Assembly (NCBI GenBank): GCA_002346225.1
Contig: DDYY01000064.1
Span: forward strand, 6,261-70,260
Length of the DNA stretch: 64,000 nucleotides
Direction of reading: 5' to 3'
Source of the DNA: Bacteroidetes bacterium UBA3022
GTDB taxonomy: Bacteria; Bacteroidota; Bacteroidia; Chitinophagales; BACL12
Shown: positions 17,434 to 27,889 of the stretch, one piece after another
How the letters are laid out: every line of letters starts with the position of its first letter
Numbering within the stretch: position 1 is the stretch's first letter
Program-made: the position numbers and the translations under genes
The notes under the pieces: generated by a model
The model's input: only the letters and a program-made list of their open reading frames with translations
Database searches by the model: none
What the model was told of the DNA's origin: nothing

Positions 17434-18315
17434 TTAATTCCCCTGCAAGGCTGCGGCACCACTTACAATTTCAGTAAGCTCGGTGGTAATGGCGGCCTGA
17501 CGTGCACGGTTGTATTCTGTTTTTAACTCTTTCAGCAACTCGTTGGCATTATCACTGGCTTTGTCCATCGCAGTCATACGGGCACCATGCTCTGCTGCAT
17601 TGCTGTCGAGCACGTAGCGGAAAAAGGTGGTATTGAGAATGCGGGGAACAAGTTCGCCAATGAGCATATGCTTATCGGGATCGAAAAGAAAATCCGTCTG
17701 GGTTTGCTGCTCGTCGGCTTCTACTTTCTTGATAGGCAGGAACTGCTCCGTTTCCAGGATCTGGGTAGCAGCATTCTTGAACTTATTATACACCACCACT
17801 ACTTCGTCGTATTCCTTGTTGAGGAAGCCGTCTTTGATATAGGTAGTAGCTTCCGTTACTGCTTCAAAAGACACCTTCTGGAACAGTTGCTGAAAGCGGG
17901 TGATTTTACCGTACTCCGTGCGCTTGAGCACATCAAAGCCCTTTTTGCCAATGAACATAAGTTGCACATTCGCTGCCGGTAAATGCGCATAGCGCTCTTC
18001 AATGGCACGGCGTGCAGCCTTAATCACGTTGGTATTGAAAGCACCGCAAAGTCCCTTATCGGAGGTGATGACAACTACCATGGCGCGCTTTACTTCGCGC
18101 TGCTCTGCGAAATCGATTTTCACATCTCCCTGGGTAGCTGCTGCGATGTTCTCGAGCATGGTTCCCATCTTCAGAGCGTAAGGACGCATCTGGAGAATGG
18201 CATCCTGTGCCCTGCGCAGTTTGGCAGCACTCACCATTTTCATGGCAGCTGTAATCTGCTGGGTGCTTTTAACACTGCCGATGCGATCGCGTACTTCCTT
18301 TAATTTACCGGACAT
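17434..18315 (-). CDS. atpG: ATP synthase F1 gamma subunit
   Basis: QITAAMKMVSAAKLRRAQ, SDKGLCGAFN, ARMTAMDKA..NA, RQAAITTEL.EI. Confidence 0.98.
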   Translation of the reverse strand: MSGKLKEVRDRIGSVKSTQQITAAMKMVSAAKLRRAQDAILQMRPYALKMGTMLENIAAATQGDVKIDFAEQREVKRAMVVVITSDKGLCGAFNTNVIKAARRAIEERYAHLPAANVQLMFIGKKGFDVLKRTEYGKITRFQQLFQKVSFEAVTEATTYIKDGFLNKEYDEVVVVYNKFKNAATQILETEQFLPIKKVEADEQQTQTDFLFDPDKHMLIGELVPRILNTTFFRYVLDSNAAEHGARMTAMDKASDNANELLKELKTEYNRARQAAITTELTEIVSGAAALQGN

Positions 18316-19901
18316 TATACAACAGCTTTATACTTTTTGGCCATATCCTTACCTACCTCTTCGAGCTTCTTCATCACTTCGTCGGTAAGTTTTCCGGCTT
18401 TGAGTTCGTTGAGCACTTCCTTGTGGTGGGTTTCCAGATAAGTAACAAAAGTGTTTTCAAATTCTTTTACTTTCTCGATTGGCACGTCACCCAGAAGACC
18501 TTTAGTACCGAGGTAGATAATAGCAATCTGCTTTTCTACCGTCATAGGTGAGTATTGCTTTTGCTTCAGGATCTCCACGTTGCGCTTTCCTTTATTCAAT
18601 ACGCTCATGGTAGCCGCATCGAGGTCGGAACCGAACTTGGCAAAGGCTTCCAGCTCGCGGAACTGCGCCTGATCCAGTTTCAGCGTACCTGCCACTTTTT
18701 TCATGGACTTGATCTGGGCGTTACCACCTACGCGGCTTACCGAGATACCCACGTTGATGGCCGGGCGTACACCTGCGTTGAACAGGTTCGACTCGAGGAA
18801 TATCTGACCATCGGTAATGGAAATTACGTTGGTAGGGATATAGGCCGAAACGTCACCCGCCTGTGTTTCAATAATGGGCAGTGCTGTCAATGAACCACCA
18901 CCTTTAACGATGGGCTTCAGGTTTTCCGGAAGGTCGTTCATGTTGCGGGCAATCTCATCATTGTCAATCACTTTCGCTGCACGTTCGAGCAGGCGGCTGT
19001 GGAGGTAGAATACATCACCTGGATACGCTTCACGTCCGGGAGGGCGACGCAGCAACAGAGAAACTTCGCGGTAGGCAACGGCTTGTTTCGACAAATCATC
19101 GAAAACAATCAATGCAGGACGACCGGTATCGCGGAAGAACTCGCCCATGGCAGCTCCTGCAAACGGTGCGTAGAACTGCAGTGGAGCAGGGTCAGAGGCG
19201 GAAGCTGCTACAATGATGGTGTAGTCGAGTGCACCATGCTCCTGTAGTGTTTTGGCCACCTGTGCCACTGTGGAGTTTTTCTGTCCACAGGCCACATATA
19301 TACAATACACCGGATTGCCGGCTTCGTAGAATTCGCGTTGGTTGATGATGGTATCGATAGCGATGGCCGTTTTACCGGTCTGGCGGTCACCGATGATCAA
19401 TTCCCTTTGGCCACGGCCGATAGGAATCATCGCATCGATGGCTTTGATACCTGTTTGCAGCGGTTCGTTTACCGGCTGGCGGTAGATAACACCCGGTGCT
19501 TTCCTTTCCAGTGGCATTTCGTAAAGTTCCCCTTCAATAGGACCCTTACCATCGATGGGTTCACCAAGGGTATTAACGACGCGACCTACCAAGCCTTCCC
19601 CTACTTTAATGGAGGCGATGTTACCTGTTCTGCGAACGGTATCACCTTCTTTGATCTGGTCGGAAGACCCCATCAATACCGCACCTACGTTGTCTTCTTC
19701 CAGGTTCAGTACGATGGCCCTTACGCCGCTTTCGAAGCTTACCAGCTCGCCAGACTTGGCATTGTTGAGGCCATAGATACGGGCGATACCATCACCCACC
19801 TGCAAAACGGTACCAACTTCTTCCAGTTCTGAAGTGGTGTTGAAGTTCGACAACTGCTGACGCAGTATGGCGCTTATTTCATCTGGTTTAACATCTACCA
19901 T
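18315..19901 (-). CDS. atpA: ATP synthase F1 alpha subunit
   Basis: [40 protein letters not shown]. Confidence 0.99.
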   Translation of the reverse strand: MVDVKPDEISAILRQQLSNFNTTSELEEVGTVLQVGDGIARIYGLNNAKSGELVSFESGVRAIVLNLEEDNVGAVLMGSSDQIKEGDTVRRTGNIASIKVGEGLVGRVVNTLGEPIDGKGPIEGELYEMPLERKAPGVIYRQPVNEPLQTGIKAIDAMIPIGRGQRELIIGDRQTGKTAIAIDTIINQREFYEAGNPVYCIYVACGQKNSTVAQVAKTLQEHGALDYTIIVAASASDPAPLQFYAPFAGAAMGEFFRDTGRPALIVFDDLSKQAVAYREVSLLLRRPPGREAYPGDVFYLHSRLLERAAKVIDNDEIARNMNDLPENLKPIVKGGGSLTALPIIETQAGDVSAYIPTNVISITDGQIFLESNLFNAGVRPAINVGISVSRVGGNAQIKSMKKVAGTLKLDQAQFRELEAFAKFGSDLDAATMSVLNKGKRNVEILKQKQYSPMTVEKQIAIIYLGTKGLLGDVPIEKVKEFENTFVTYLETHHKEVLNELKAGKLTDEVMKKLEEVGKDMAKKYKAVV

Positions 19902-19921
19902 GGATAGGAATTTATAGTTAT

Positions 19922-20482
19922 TTAGAATTTACGTATATAATCGTTATTGTCGAAATCATCTTTAAGAATAGCCAGTCCGCGCGCAATACTGGTGTCAATC
20001 ATTTTGTCTTCGTAGCGCAGGATGTAACCGCCTATCAGCGATTCATCTACTTTGGTTACCACTTCTATTTCTTCCAGATTCGCCTGTCCGCGCAGCTTAT
20101 CCATCAGCATATCGCGGATTTCATCAGAAACGGGATAAGCGGTAGTGAGCACTACGGGTGTAATACCCTGGTGCTGGTTGTACATTTCCACGTAAGCGTT
20201 CAACGCTTCGGGCAGCCAGCCTTCCCTGCCTTTTCTCACCAAAATATCGAGAAAAGAACGCATGATCACACCTACCTGATCGTCGAAGACAGCCTTGATG
20301 ATGGCCATTTTCTTGTCGGCATGGATAATGGGGCTTTTCAGCATCAGCTTGAAATCTCTGCTGCCATCGGTGGCACCCTTCAACAGATACACATCGCGGG
20401 TCACCTCTTCCAGCTGATTCTTTTCGAGTGCCAGCTGGATCATTGATTTGGCGTATCTGTGGGCTATTCTTGCTACGGACAT
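19922..20482 (-). CDS. atpH: ATP synthase delta subunit
   Basis: [17 protein letters not shown], and operon position. Confidence 0.95.
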   Translation of the reverse strand: MSVARIAHRYAKSMIQLALEKNQLEEVTRDVYLLKGATDGSRDFKLMLKSPIIHADKKMAIIKAVFDDQVGVIMRSFLDILVRKGREGWLPEALNAYVEMYNQHQGITPVVLTTAYPVSDEIRDMLMDKLRGQANLEEIEVVTKVDESLIGGYILRYEDKMIDTSIARGLAILKDDFDNNDYIRKF

Positions 20483-20495
20483 GGTTGTTGCGTTA

Positions 20496-21011
20496 TCAGT
20501 GTACCTTAATATCGTCTACAAGTTGCCTGGTGAATGCTTCCTGCGCCTGTTTGTCGCTCAGCTCTCTCCGCAACACTTTTTCACTTACTTCCAGCACCAT
20601 CTGTCCCACCTGGTTTTTGATATCGATCATAGCAGCCATGCGCTGGTTATCGATTTGCTTCTGGGCGTCTTCCACAATGCGGTTGTATTCCTGGTTGGCC
20701 TTTTCGCGGGCTTCCGCAACAATCTGATCCTTGGCTTCCTTGGCTTCACGCAGCATTTTGGCGCGTTCTTCCCGGGCTTCGTTCAGGATGCGTTCGTTGT
20801 CGGCTTTCATGGCCTCCATGGCTTCGCGGGCTTTTTTAGCCTCGTCGAGAGATGCCTGTATACCTTTTTCGCGGTCGCTCAGCGCATTGGCGATAGGGCC
20901 AAAAGCAAATTTCCACAGGATGAACAGCACCACGAGGAAAATCAATACGGTCCAGATAAATAACCCCGGATCGGGTTTTACGAGGTCTAATGCATCGATA
21001 ATGACCAACAT
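20496..21011 (-). CDS. atpF: ATP synthase F0 subunit b
   Basis: PDPGLFIW single TM, KFAFGPI..AL..RE, long coiled coil. Confidence 0.95.
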   Translation of the reverse strand: MLVIIDALDLVKPDPGLFIWTVLIFLVVLFILWKFAFGPIANALSDREKGIQASLDEAKKAREAMEAMKADNERILNEAREERAKMLREAKEAKDQIVAEAREKANQEYNRIVEDAQKQIDNQRMAAMIDIKNQVGQMVLEVSEKVLRRELSDKQAQEAFTRQLVDDIKVH

Positions 21012-21089
21012 ATATAAATGTGTTTGATTGTTTGATTTAAAAGTTCCGGCAACAACCAACCGTTGCTGCCGGAATGTTCTTCGGATAGC

Positions 21090-21326
21090 TTACCCTTGTA
21101 ACAGGGCTACTACCACTGCGAAAAGTGCCACACCTTCCACCAGTGCCGCTGCGATAATCATGTTCGCGCGGATGTCACCGGTAGCTTCGGGTTGACGAGC
21201 AATAGATTCAAGTGCGCTACCACCGATACGGCCTACGCCGATACCAGCTCCGATAGCTGCAATACCTGCACCGATAGCTGCAATCCCGTTGATGCCTGCT
21301 TCTTGCAAAATGGTCAATAATTCCAT
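21090..21326 (-). CDS. atpE: ATP synthase F0 subunit c (H+-type)
   Basis: GxGxG helix, ARQPE loop, LVEGVALF. Lacks the Q..ES/T Na+ signature. Confidence 0.97.
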   Translation of the reverse strand: MELLTILQEAGINGIAAIGAGIAAIGAGIGVGRIGGSALESIARQPEATGDIRANMIIAAALVEGVALFAVVVALLQG

Positions 21327-21361
21327 GGTTTCAATTTTTATGTTGATGAATAAAACCCTTA

Positions 21362-22531
21362 TTAATGGTGAGCAGCCCCCTCAACGTGGTGGTGCTCATG
21401 TTTTTCGAGTGCCAGCGCAATAAATAGCGAGCTCAGCATCACGAAGATGAAGGCTTGCAGGAATGCCACCAGGAACTCCAGAAAACTCATAAAAATAGTA
21501 AAGGGAACGGCAACGGCTGCACCGCCCAGACCGCCTCCCAGGCTTTCACCTGCCTTACCAAAAATAAATACCAGACCCACCAGACTGAGAATAATGATGT
21601 GGCCGGCTGTAATGTTGGCAAAGAGACGAATCATCAATGCGAAAGGCTTGATGAATATACCCAGTATCTCGATGGGTACCAGGATAACTTTAACACCGAA
21701 AGGAACGCCCGGAGGCCATAAGATGTGCATCCAGTAGTCTTTGGTTCCGTTGATATTGGTCAAAATAAAGGTAAGCAGGGCCAGAGCCATGGTTACCGTG
21801 ATATTTCCGGTAATGTTAGGATTGGAAATAAAGGGTATCAATCCCAGCAGGTTGGCGAACCAGATAAAGAAAAACAAAGTCAGCATGTAGGGCAGGAAGC
21901 GCTGGGTATTGTCGCCCAGGTTGGGCTTTACCACTTCGTCGCGTACAAAAATAATGAGGGGCTCCATGAGCGATTGCAGTCCTTTGGGAGCTTGTCCCGG
22001 TCTGCGGCTGTAGGCTTTGGCCACCGATACAAAAATGATAACCAGCAACAGTGCGTTCAGCAACATGGCTGCAACGTTCTTGGTAATGGATAAATCGAGG
22101 AAAGAATCTCCGTCTGCCCTGGCTACCCGGCCGTGGCTCATCACATACCCTTTGTAACCGGCTTCTGTGTGATGGCTGTCTGCAGTTGCGTGCTCATCGG
22201 TATGTATTGCTTCGTGTTGTTCGTCGGAATGCTCCTCTGCATGCATTGCTTCAGCAGCATGATGCTCCTCTCCTTCTGCTGCTGCATGCTCCGGTGCATG
22301 ATGGGCTTCCGGCAATTTATTGGACATGAAAACAGTGAACCCGTCTTCTTTATGATAAGCGATGACCGGCAAGGGTACCACAATGCCGCCCACAATATGC
22401 CATTCGTTGGCATCTGCAATGTGGTGCAGGGCAAAATCCTTGGGGTTGTATTCTTCTTCTCCGGAGGCAGACGCCAGGAAGGGAGTAAGCAGCAAAAACG
22501 CCGAAAGAACGAGCTGAACTGTCTTTTTCAC
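21362..22531 (-). CDS. atpB: ATP synthase F0 subunit a with His-rich N-terminal extension
   Basis: KPFALMIRLFANITAGH, LQAFIF..L. N-terminal signal-like segment and a His/Glu-rich insert. Confidence 0.96.
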   Translation of the reverse strand: MKKTVQLVLSAFLLLTPFLASASGEEEYNPKDFALHHIADANEWHIVGGIVVPLPVIAYHKEDGFTVFMSNKLPEAHHAPEHAAAEGEEHHAAEAMHAEEHSDEQHEAIHTDEHATADSHHTEAGYKGYVMSHGRVARADGDSFLDLSITKNVAAMLLNALLLVIIFVSVAKAYSRRPGQAPKGLQSLMEPLIIFVRDEVVKPNLGDNTQRFLPYMLTLFFFIWFANLLGLIPFISNPNITGNITVTMALALLTFILTNINGTKDYWMHILWPPGVPFGVKVILVPIEILGIFIKPFALMIRLFANITAGHIIILSLVGLVFIFGKAGESLGGGLGGAAVAVPFTIFMSFLEFLVAFLQAFIFVMLSSLFIALALEKHEHHHVEGAAHH

Positions 22532-22564
22532 TGGTATTTATTGAGAGGCCTTTAAAAACCGCTG

Positions 22565-22572
22565 CAAAGGTA
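22565..22572 (-). promoter_or_regulatory. -7 promoter element of the atp operon (TACCTTTG)
   Basis: TAnnTTTG match on the minus strand 33 nt upstream of atpB. Confidence 0.6.
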
Positions 22573-22619
22573 GATTTTAATCGGGAAAAAAGAAAGGTAT
22601 TGCCTTATTTTGAAGTACA

Positions 22620-23369
22620 ATGCGCGAACAATGGAAATCTTTTAAAGGAGTGCTTTATGTATTGAGCATTTGTGCACTCTGCGCCGCTTCCTGCCGGGTG
22701 GATAAGGGGAAGGCTTATGAGGCAGATGGAATGCCGGAGAGGGCGCCTGAAAAACAGATTATCGGTACCCTGGAAAGCGCTTTTCTGCGGGCAGGATTGC
22801 AGGATATCGGCAGTATAGAGGGTGTACTGGTGCAGTTGAAATACAGCACTACCGATAATTTCATGCACAGGGACATGTATGGCGATCTGGAGAAGGCCTA
22901 TCTGCTGCCCGATGCCGCCCAGAAACTGGAGCGTGCCGCACAAGCTTTGCTCCGCGAATACCCCGACCTGCGCCTGCTGGTATACGATGGTGCCCGTCCC
23001 CATGCCATCCAGCAACTGATGTGGGACAGTGTGGACCTGCCGCAGGACCTGAAAGTCCAATTTCTTTCCCATCCCGATCAGCTGTCGCTCCATAACTACG
23101 GAGCTGCTGTAGATATTACACTGAGCGATGCCAATGGTAACCCGCTGGATATGGGCACTGCCTATGATGATGCCGCGCGTTTGTCTTATCCTTCGCTGGA
23201 AGCGACCTTCCTCGCCTCAGGCCAATTGAGTGAAGCGCAGGTGGCCAACCGACGACTATTGCGGCGTCTGATGACCGAAGCCGGATTTACGGGTATTGAC
23301 AGTGAATGGTGGCATTTCAATCACTGCACCCGGGCTTATGCCGCTGAACACTACCAGCTGCTACCTTAA
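22620..23369 (+). CDS. D-alanyl-D-alanine dipeptidase (VanX/M15D family), lipoprotein
   Basis: YDGARP, SLHNYGAAVD, DMGT.YD, EWWHF. Lipobox-like CAASC. Confidence 0.9.
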   Translation: MREQWKSFKGVLYVLSICALCAASCRVDKGKAYEADGMPERAPEKQIIGTLESAFLRAGLQDIGSIEGVLVQLKYSTTDNFMHRDMYGDLEKAYLLPDAAQKLERAAQALLREYPDLRLLVYDGARPHAIQQLMWDSVDLPQDLKVQFLSHPDQLSLHNYGAAVDITLSDANGNPLDMGTAYDDAARLSYPSLEATFLASGQLSEAQVANRRLLRRLMTEAGFTGIDSEWWHFNHCTRAYAAEHYQLLP

Positions 23370-24724
23370 ATCTTGAACCGCAGCACACCGAATGCCCAGG
23401 AGATGGTGGGATTTTCTTCTCCAAAAAAGACAGCAATATCGCGGGTACCAACACCAAATTCCGTAAACGGAAAGTTGAAAACCAGACCAGCAGGGATATT
23501 GAAGCCGTAACCACCTCCGGAGGTGAATCCCGTTGAAAGCTGGATAAACCTTGCAACTGTTACCCTAGCGCCCATGCCTATCTGCGCAGCCCCAAAGTCG
23601 CGGGCTGTGGTAGAAACCGGTAAGTTCACATCACCGGCTACGGTCAGGAAGTTCGTGACATTATAGGAAGCCCCCAGCCGCAGCGTAGTGGGCAAGGGTG
23701 TACTAAAGCTTTCAATGCCTTCATAGGCTATAATTTCTTCCTCATCCAGGATAGTGCTTACCACATCTAACGCGGTAGTGGACTCAATACCGTCGTAGTA
23801 CACCGTATCGAGTACGATATCATTGAACTCCAGCGTGTTCAGGGTATAATTCAGATTGCCGATGTTGACCAGTGCTCCAGACAGCCGGAGGTTCTGATAG
23901 AGTTCGGCGGTAACCCCGATGTCGAATCCGAAACCCGTGCCTACCGGTTGGAAAGGCTGCTGATTGACGTCGTAGGTGTTGACAAAGTCGGGGGTATTGA
24001 CCAAATCCAGCCCCAGTGCCGCCTGTCCTCCAATCACACCTGCCTCGGAGCTGAAGTCCACATAGGCATAAGACATCACGTAACGGGCACCTACACCTGC
24101 GTAGAGGTTGAGGTTTTCACCCGCATACCATTGACGTCCCCAGGCAAGGTCCACCGCGCTTTGCAGTTTGAAATTCAGCTGTGTACTATCGGTAATTTCC
24201 GAAAGCGACAATGGATCGTACGATACGCCGTAGCTGCCATCGGGAGAAGTGACAATGGTATCGAAATACCCTTCATAATCGAATTCTTCAAAAAACAGGG
24301 AACTGGCCACCCCGCCCATGCGGAAGGACTGGTCAAGACGGAGGCCGAAGCTTACCGCCAGGGTTCCGGCCTTGCCCATACCAAAACTCATGGCCAGCAC
24401 GTTGATTCTGGTCTCGACGCGGTAACCCTCTCCCAGCAGGTCTTTGAATGCTACTGTGGTGTTTCCTATGCTAAAATTGCGGAGTGCACTTTTGGTCAGT
24501 CCGTTGGAAAACAGCGAAAAACCACCGCCACCAATTTCAAACGCCACACTATGGGGTGTCAGAAGACCCAGGTTAGCCGGATTGATGCCAATCGTCTGAT
24601 AGTCGGTAACCAAAGCTGTAGAAGCACCCATTCCCATGTAATTGAACAGGAAACCGTCGGTCTGTGCGCGGGCAACAGTGCTACCCAGAAGCAGCAGTCC
24701 TATTATCGAAGCTTGTATTTTCAT
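23366..24724 (-). CDS. Outer-membrane beta-barrel protein (DUF5723-like)
   Basis: Signal peptide ending ARA-Q. INPANLG, GFGFDIG, LPTTLRLGA; aromatic C-terminus RFKI. Confidence 0.7.
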   Translation of the reverse strand: MKIQASIIGLLLLGSTVARAQTDGFLFNYMGMGASTALVTDYQTIGINPANLGLLTPHSVAFEIGGGGFSLFSNGLTKSALRNFSIGNTTVAFKDLLGEGYRVETRINVLAMSFGMGKAGTLAVSFGLRLDQSFRMGGVASSLFFEEFDYEGYFDTIVTSPDGSYGVSYDPLSLSEITDSTQLNFKLQSAVDLAWGRQWYAGENLNLYAGVGARYVMSYAYVDFSSEAGVIGGQAALGLDLVNTPDFVNTYDVNQQPFQPVGTGFGFDIGVTAELYQNLRLSGALVNIGNLNYTLNTLEFNDIVLDTVYYDGIESTTALDVVSTILDEEEIIAYEGIESFSTPLPTTLRLGASYNVTNFLTVAGDVNLPVSTTARDFGAAQIGMGARVTVARFIQLSTGFTSGGGYGFNIPAGLVFNFPFTEFGVGTRDIAVFFGEENPTISWAFGVLRFKI

Positions 24725-24762
24725 CGTACATTTATTGTCAGAAATCAAATGTAGTTAAAGTT

Positions 24763-25495
24763 ATGAGCACCTATCATTACCATTTCAACAAACAGTCTGT
24801 AGCAAATAGCATACACTTTGTCATCTTTTTTCTTGCTGCCATTTTATTACTCCCATATTCCGCCCATGCCCAGGCTGAAGTCTAACGTAAAAGAGGGTAA
24901 ATACGAGATGAGCCAGGGAACGCACAATGGGTTTCAAATATTCCTAGAAAACGCCGACCGGAAAAATGTGGAAGGCCTGGTAGAAGATTTACTGAAAGAA
25001 AGCACCAAGAAGCCCTCTATTGAGAAGATGGGTAAAAAAGAAATCAAGGTGGACGACATTGTAATCAATGGCGTGAGCGACCAACCTGTAGATGTATACT
25101 TTGTCTTCGACGAAAGCAAGCAGAGATTGACGGTTACGGGATTCTTCGATATGGGAACCGCCTACCTCAGCAGTGCTTCCTTCCCTGCCAACTTCCGCAG
25201 TGGCGAAAAATTCATGCGCAGAATAGGAATCCGTTTGCAAAAGCAGGCACTGGCTGAAAAAATAGAGGAAGCCAGTTCAGCCATGTCTCAACTGGAAAGA
25301 GACAAGAGCAATCTGGAAAAGGAAAAATCTAAACTGGAATCATCCATAAAGGATTGCGAATCGACGATAGCTAATGCCAAAGATGACCTGAAAGCCAACG
25401 CTTCGGAGCAGGAAAGCAAAGCCCGTGAAATGGGTGAGCAGAAAAAGCAACTGGAAATGCTGCAAAAATCTATGGATGGTATTAAGGAAGAGTAA
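24763..25495 (+). pseudogene. Frameshifted secreted coiled-coil protein (pseudogene or sequencing indel)
   Basis: Signal peptide ..FVIFFLAAILLLPYSAHA-QAEV stops at TAA 24883-24885. The mature-looking body NVKEGKYEMSQG.. continues in the +1 frame to 25495. Confidence 0.6.
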
Positions 25496-26206
25496 TTAAG
25501 CAGCCTCCTCTTCTTCTTCCACATTCAGACGGAATCCGTTGCCGTGGATATTCACTATTTCCAGGGTAGGATCGTCTTTCAGGTACTTCCGCAATTTGGT
25601 AATGAACACATCCATACTGCGAGCGGTGAAGTAATCGTCTCTGCCCCAGATTTGCTTCAGGGCCTCTTCACGGTACAATATGTCGTTGACCTTGAGGCAC
25701 AGCATGCGCAACAATTCCGCTTCCTTGGGGGATAGCTTCTCCTGGATGTCGTTGTGCGTTAGCATTCTCGACTTGTAGTTGAAATGGTAGCTGCCTATGG
25801 TAAATTCCTTCTGCTGATTGTTCTGCTTGATTTTGCCGCGCTTCATTACAGCTGCAATGCGGTACAGCAATTCCTCAGAATTGAAAGGCTTGGTAATATA
25901 GTCGTCGGCACCTGTTTTAAAACCTTCTATTTTATCGGTCTGCTGTGCTTTGGCCGTCAGGAAAATGATAGGAATATCGGGGTTCATTCGGCGTATTTCC
26001 GCAGCCACTGTGAAGCCATCTTTTTTCGGCATCATTACATCCAGTACACACATACCAAACTGCTCCGTTCTGAAAACATCTACTCCCTTCTCTCCGTCGT
26101 TCGCCAGGGTTACATCGTAACCGTTCATGCTGAGATAATCTTTTAATACGGCACCGAAGTTCGGGTCGTCTTCACAAAGTAGAATACGGATCTTGGTTTC
26201 TTCCAT
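25496..26206 (-). CDS. OmpR-family response regulator (RprY-like)
   Basis: LLCEDD, DVMMPKKDG, FLTAK, GADDYITKPF, RSMDVFITKLRKYL. Confidence 0.95.
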   Translation of the reverse strand: MEETKIRILLCEDDPNFGAVLKDYLSMNGYDVTLANDGEKGVDVFRTEQFGMCVLDVMMPKKDGFTVAAEIRRMNPDIPIIFLTAKAQQTDKIEGFKTGADDYITKPFNSEELLYRIAAVMKRGKIKQNNQQKEFTIGSYHFNYKSRMLTHNDIQEKLSPKEAELLRMLCLKVNDILYREEALKQIWGRDDYFTARSMDVFITKLRKYLKDDPTLEIVNIHGNGFRLNVEEEEEAA

Positions 26207-26212
26207 GGTTGG

Positions 26213-27811
26213 TTAATTTACAAATAATTGAATAGTAAAGGTACTTCCTGCACCGAGCTGGCTTTTAACATCTATGCTTCCGCCGTGCGCCTCAACTACA
26301 GTTTTCACATAAGTAAGACCCAGACCAAAGCCTTTAATATTATGCACATTACCGGTAGGAACCCTATAAAATTTTTCGAATATCATTTTTTGCTGTTCAT
26401 TGTTCATCCCGATACCGTTGTCCCTTACTGCTATGAACAATTTACCTCCACTGCTGCGGGTAGACACTTCAATGAGCGGTGCTTGCTGCGCGTATTTTAC
26501 GGCATTGTCGAGCAGGTTGTAAATCACATTCGACAAGTGCACGCGGTCGCCATTGACTACAAACTGAATAGCCTCGAGGCGGGTACTGATGCTTCCCTGT
26601 TGTTCTTCCACCATCAGACTGATGTTCTCTACTGCATGAGTTATCACCTCGTGGAGGTTTACGGCATCCATTTTCAGATTCAGTTCGCGCTTATCGAGCA
26701 AGGCCGCCTGCAATACTTTCTCCACCTGGCTGTTCATGCGCTTATTCTCGTCGCGAATGATACCCGTATATTGCTTTACCCTTTGCTGGTCGGATATGAC
26801 TGCCGGATTGTTTATCGCATCCACGGCCAGAGAAATGGTAGCAATAGGCGTCTTGAACTCATGCGTCATATTATTGATAAAATCATTCTTTATTTCCGAC
26901 AGTTTTTTCTGTCTGAAAATAATGTGGATACTGTAGCTAAATACAAATACGATAACAGTAGTGAATAAGATAGAGCCCAGCAGGAGCAGCCACATAGAGC
27001 TCAACAGATAGTTGCGCTGGTCGGGAAACATCACAAGCAGCTGGTCGTTTCCGGCAAATAAATTATTGGGAAACAGATTGGCTGTGTAAGCGGTACTGAT
27101 CAGTTGAGAATGGTTCTCTTTCTCCAGTGGTGTCACCAGGATTTCACCATCCAGCAATACACCATAATCGAAGCGTGTTTCTATGCCTTTATTGCGCAGT
27201 TCCAGTCCCAGTGTTTGGGTGAGATAGGTAGTATCTACTTTCTTCTCCGGCTCCATGCCGCGGGTCATCATTTCCACCATCATCTTGCGCATCACCGCAT
27301 CCAGCTGGTTGGCATTCACCCTGAATTGCTTGTCTATCTCCTTAAGAATAGCCGGAATCAATTCATCCGATTTTCCTGCGGGGTCTACCGTCATGTTCCT
27401 GCCCATTTCCAGCGGCTCGAGGATCATGGTCGGTCGTCCTGGCATACCGCCGGGGCTGTTCATATCGGAAAGATAACTGCCCGATGGCTCCAGTTCCCGT
27501 GCTTTGTCGCTCACCCGAAAGGCACTGGCCAGAGCTGTATCGGACAACATTTCGGCAGACATTTCGGCGGTTTGTGCGACTATGAACAGGGAGTCACCAA
27601 TAAACAAATCTGTCTGCTCATCCAGCATGGTGGCAATCCAGTGGGTTTCCAGCTTTTCGGTTGTCCTTGCCAGCGCATCGGCCACCTGGAACTGAAAAAC
27701 CTGCTCCTTTTGTTCTACGGCACTCCTTATCCAGTACACCTGCACCAGCACGATTCCCAGCAGGGCTGTGCTCATCAGGATAATGATGAGGCGTATTCTG
27801 GATAATTTCAT
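26213..27811 (-). CDS. Sensor histidine kinase (RprX-like)
   Basis: Two TM segments. H-box NMTHEFKTP, NLLDNAVKY, DNGIG, FEKFYRV, GFGLGL. Confidence 0.95.
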   Translation of the reverse strand: MKLSRIRLIIILMSTALLGIVLVQVYWIRSAVEQKEQVFQFQVADALARTTEKLETHWIATMLDEQTDLFIGDSLFIVAQTAEMSAEMLSDTALASAFRVSDKARELEPSGSYLSDMNSPGGMPGRPTMILEPLEMGRNMTVDPAGKSDELIPAILKEIDKQFRVNANQLDAVMRKMMVEMMTRGMEPEKKVDTTYLTQTLGLELRNKGIETRFDYGVLLDGEILVTPLEKENHSQLISTAYTANLFPNNLFAGNDQLLVMFPDQRNYLLSSMWLLLLGSILFTTVIVFVFSYSIHIIFRQKKLSEIKNDFINNMTHEFKTPIATISLAVDAINNPAVISDQQRVKQYTGIIRDENKRMNSQVEKVLQAALLDKRELNLKMDAVNLHEVITHAVENISLMVEEQQGSISTRLEAIQFVVNGDRVHLSNVIYNLLDNAVKYAQQAPLIEVSTRSSGGKLFIAVRDNGIGMNNEQQKMIFEKFYRVPTGNVHNIKGFGLGLTYVKTVVEAHGGSIDVKSQLGAGSTFTIQLFVN

Positions 27812-27816
27812 TTGGT

Positions 27817-27824
27817 CAAATGTA
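27817..27824 (-). promoter_or_regulatory. -7 element for the histidine kinase gene (TACATTTG)
   Basis: TAnnTTTG 5 nt upstream of the ATG. Confidence 0.55.
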
Positions 27825-27852
27825 CCATATGTTAAAATATCGGGAAGCCTGT

Positions 27853-27889
27853 TTAACGATGTCTTAACACAATTTAGAGGAGTCTTAAC
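27853..27889 (+). promoter_or_regulatory. Phased TTAAC direct-repeat array (candidate OmpR-family operator)
   Basis: TTAAC at 27853 and 27864, TTAG at 27874, TTAAC at 27885 (spacing 11/10/11). Lies upstream of the -7 element TAAATTTG at 27912-27919. Confidence 0.55.

Noticed and set aside
17434-22531. Missing atpD/atpC as a defective ATP synthase
   Set aside because: A separate atpDC locus is the normal arrangement in Bacteroidota.
24807-24821. TAGCATACACTTTGT, nearly identical to the sigma54-like site at 63703-63717
   Set aside because: It lacks the invariant GG and falls within the signal-peptide coding region; treated as a chance match.
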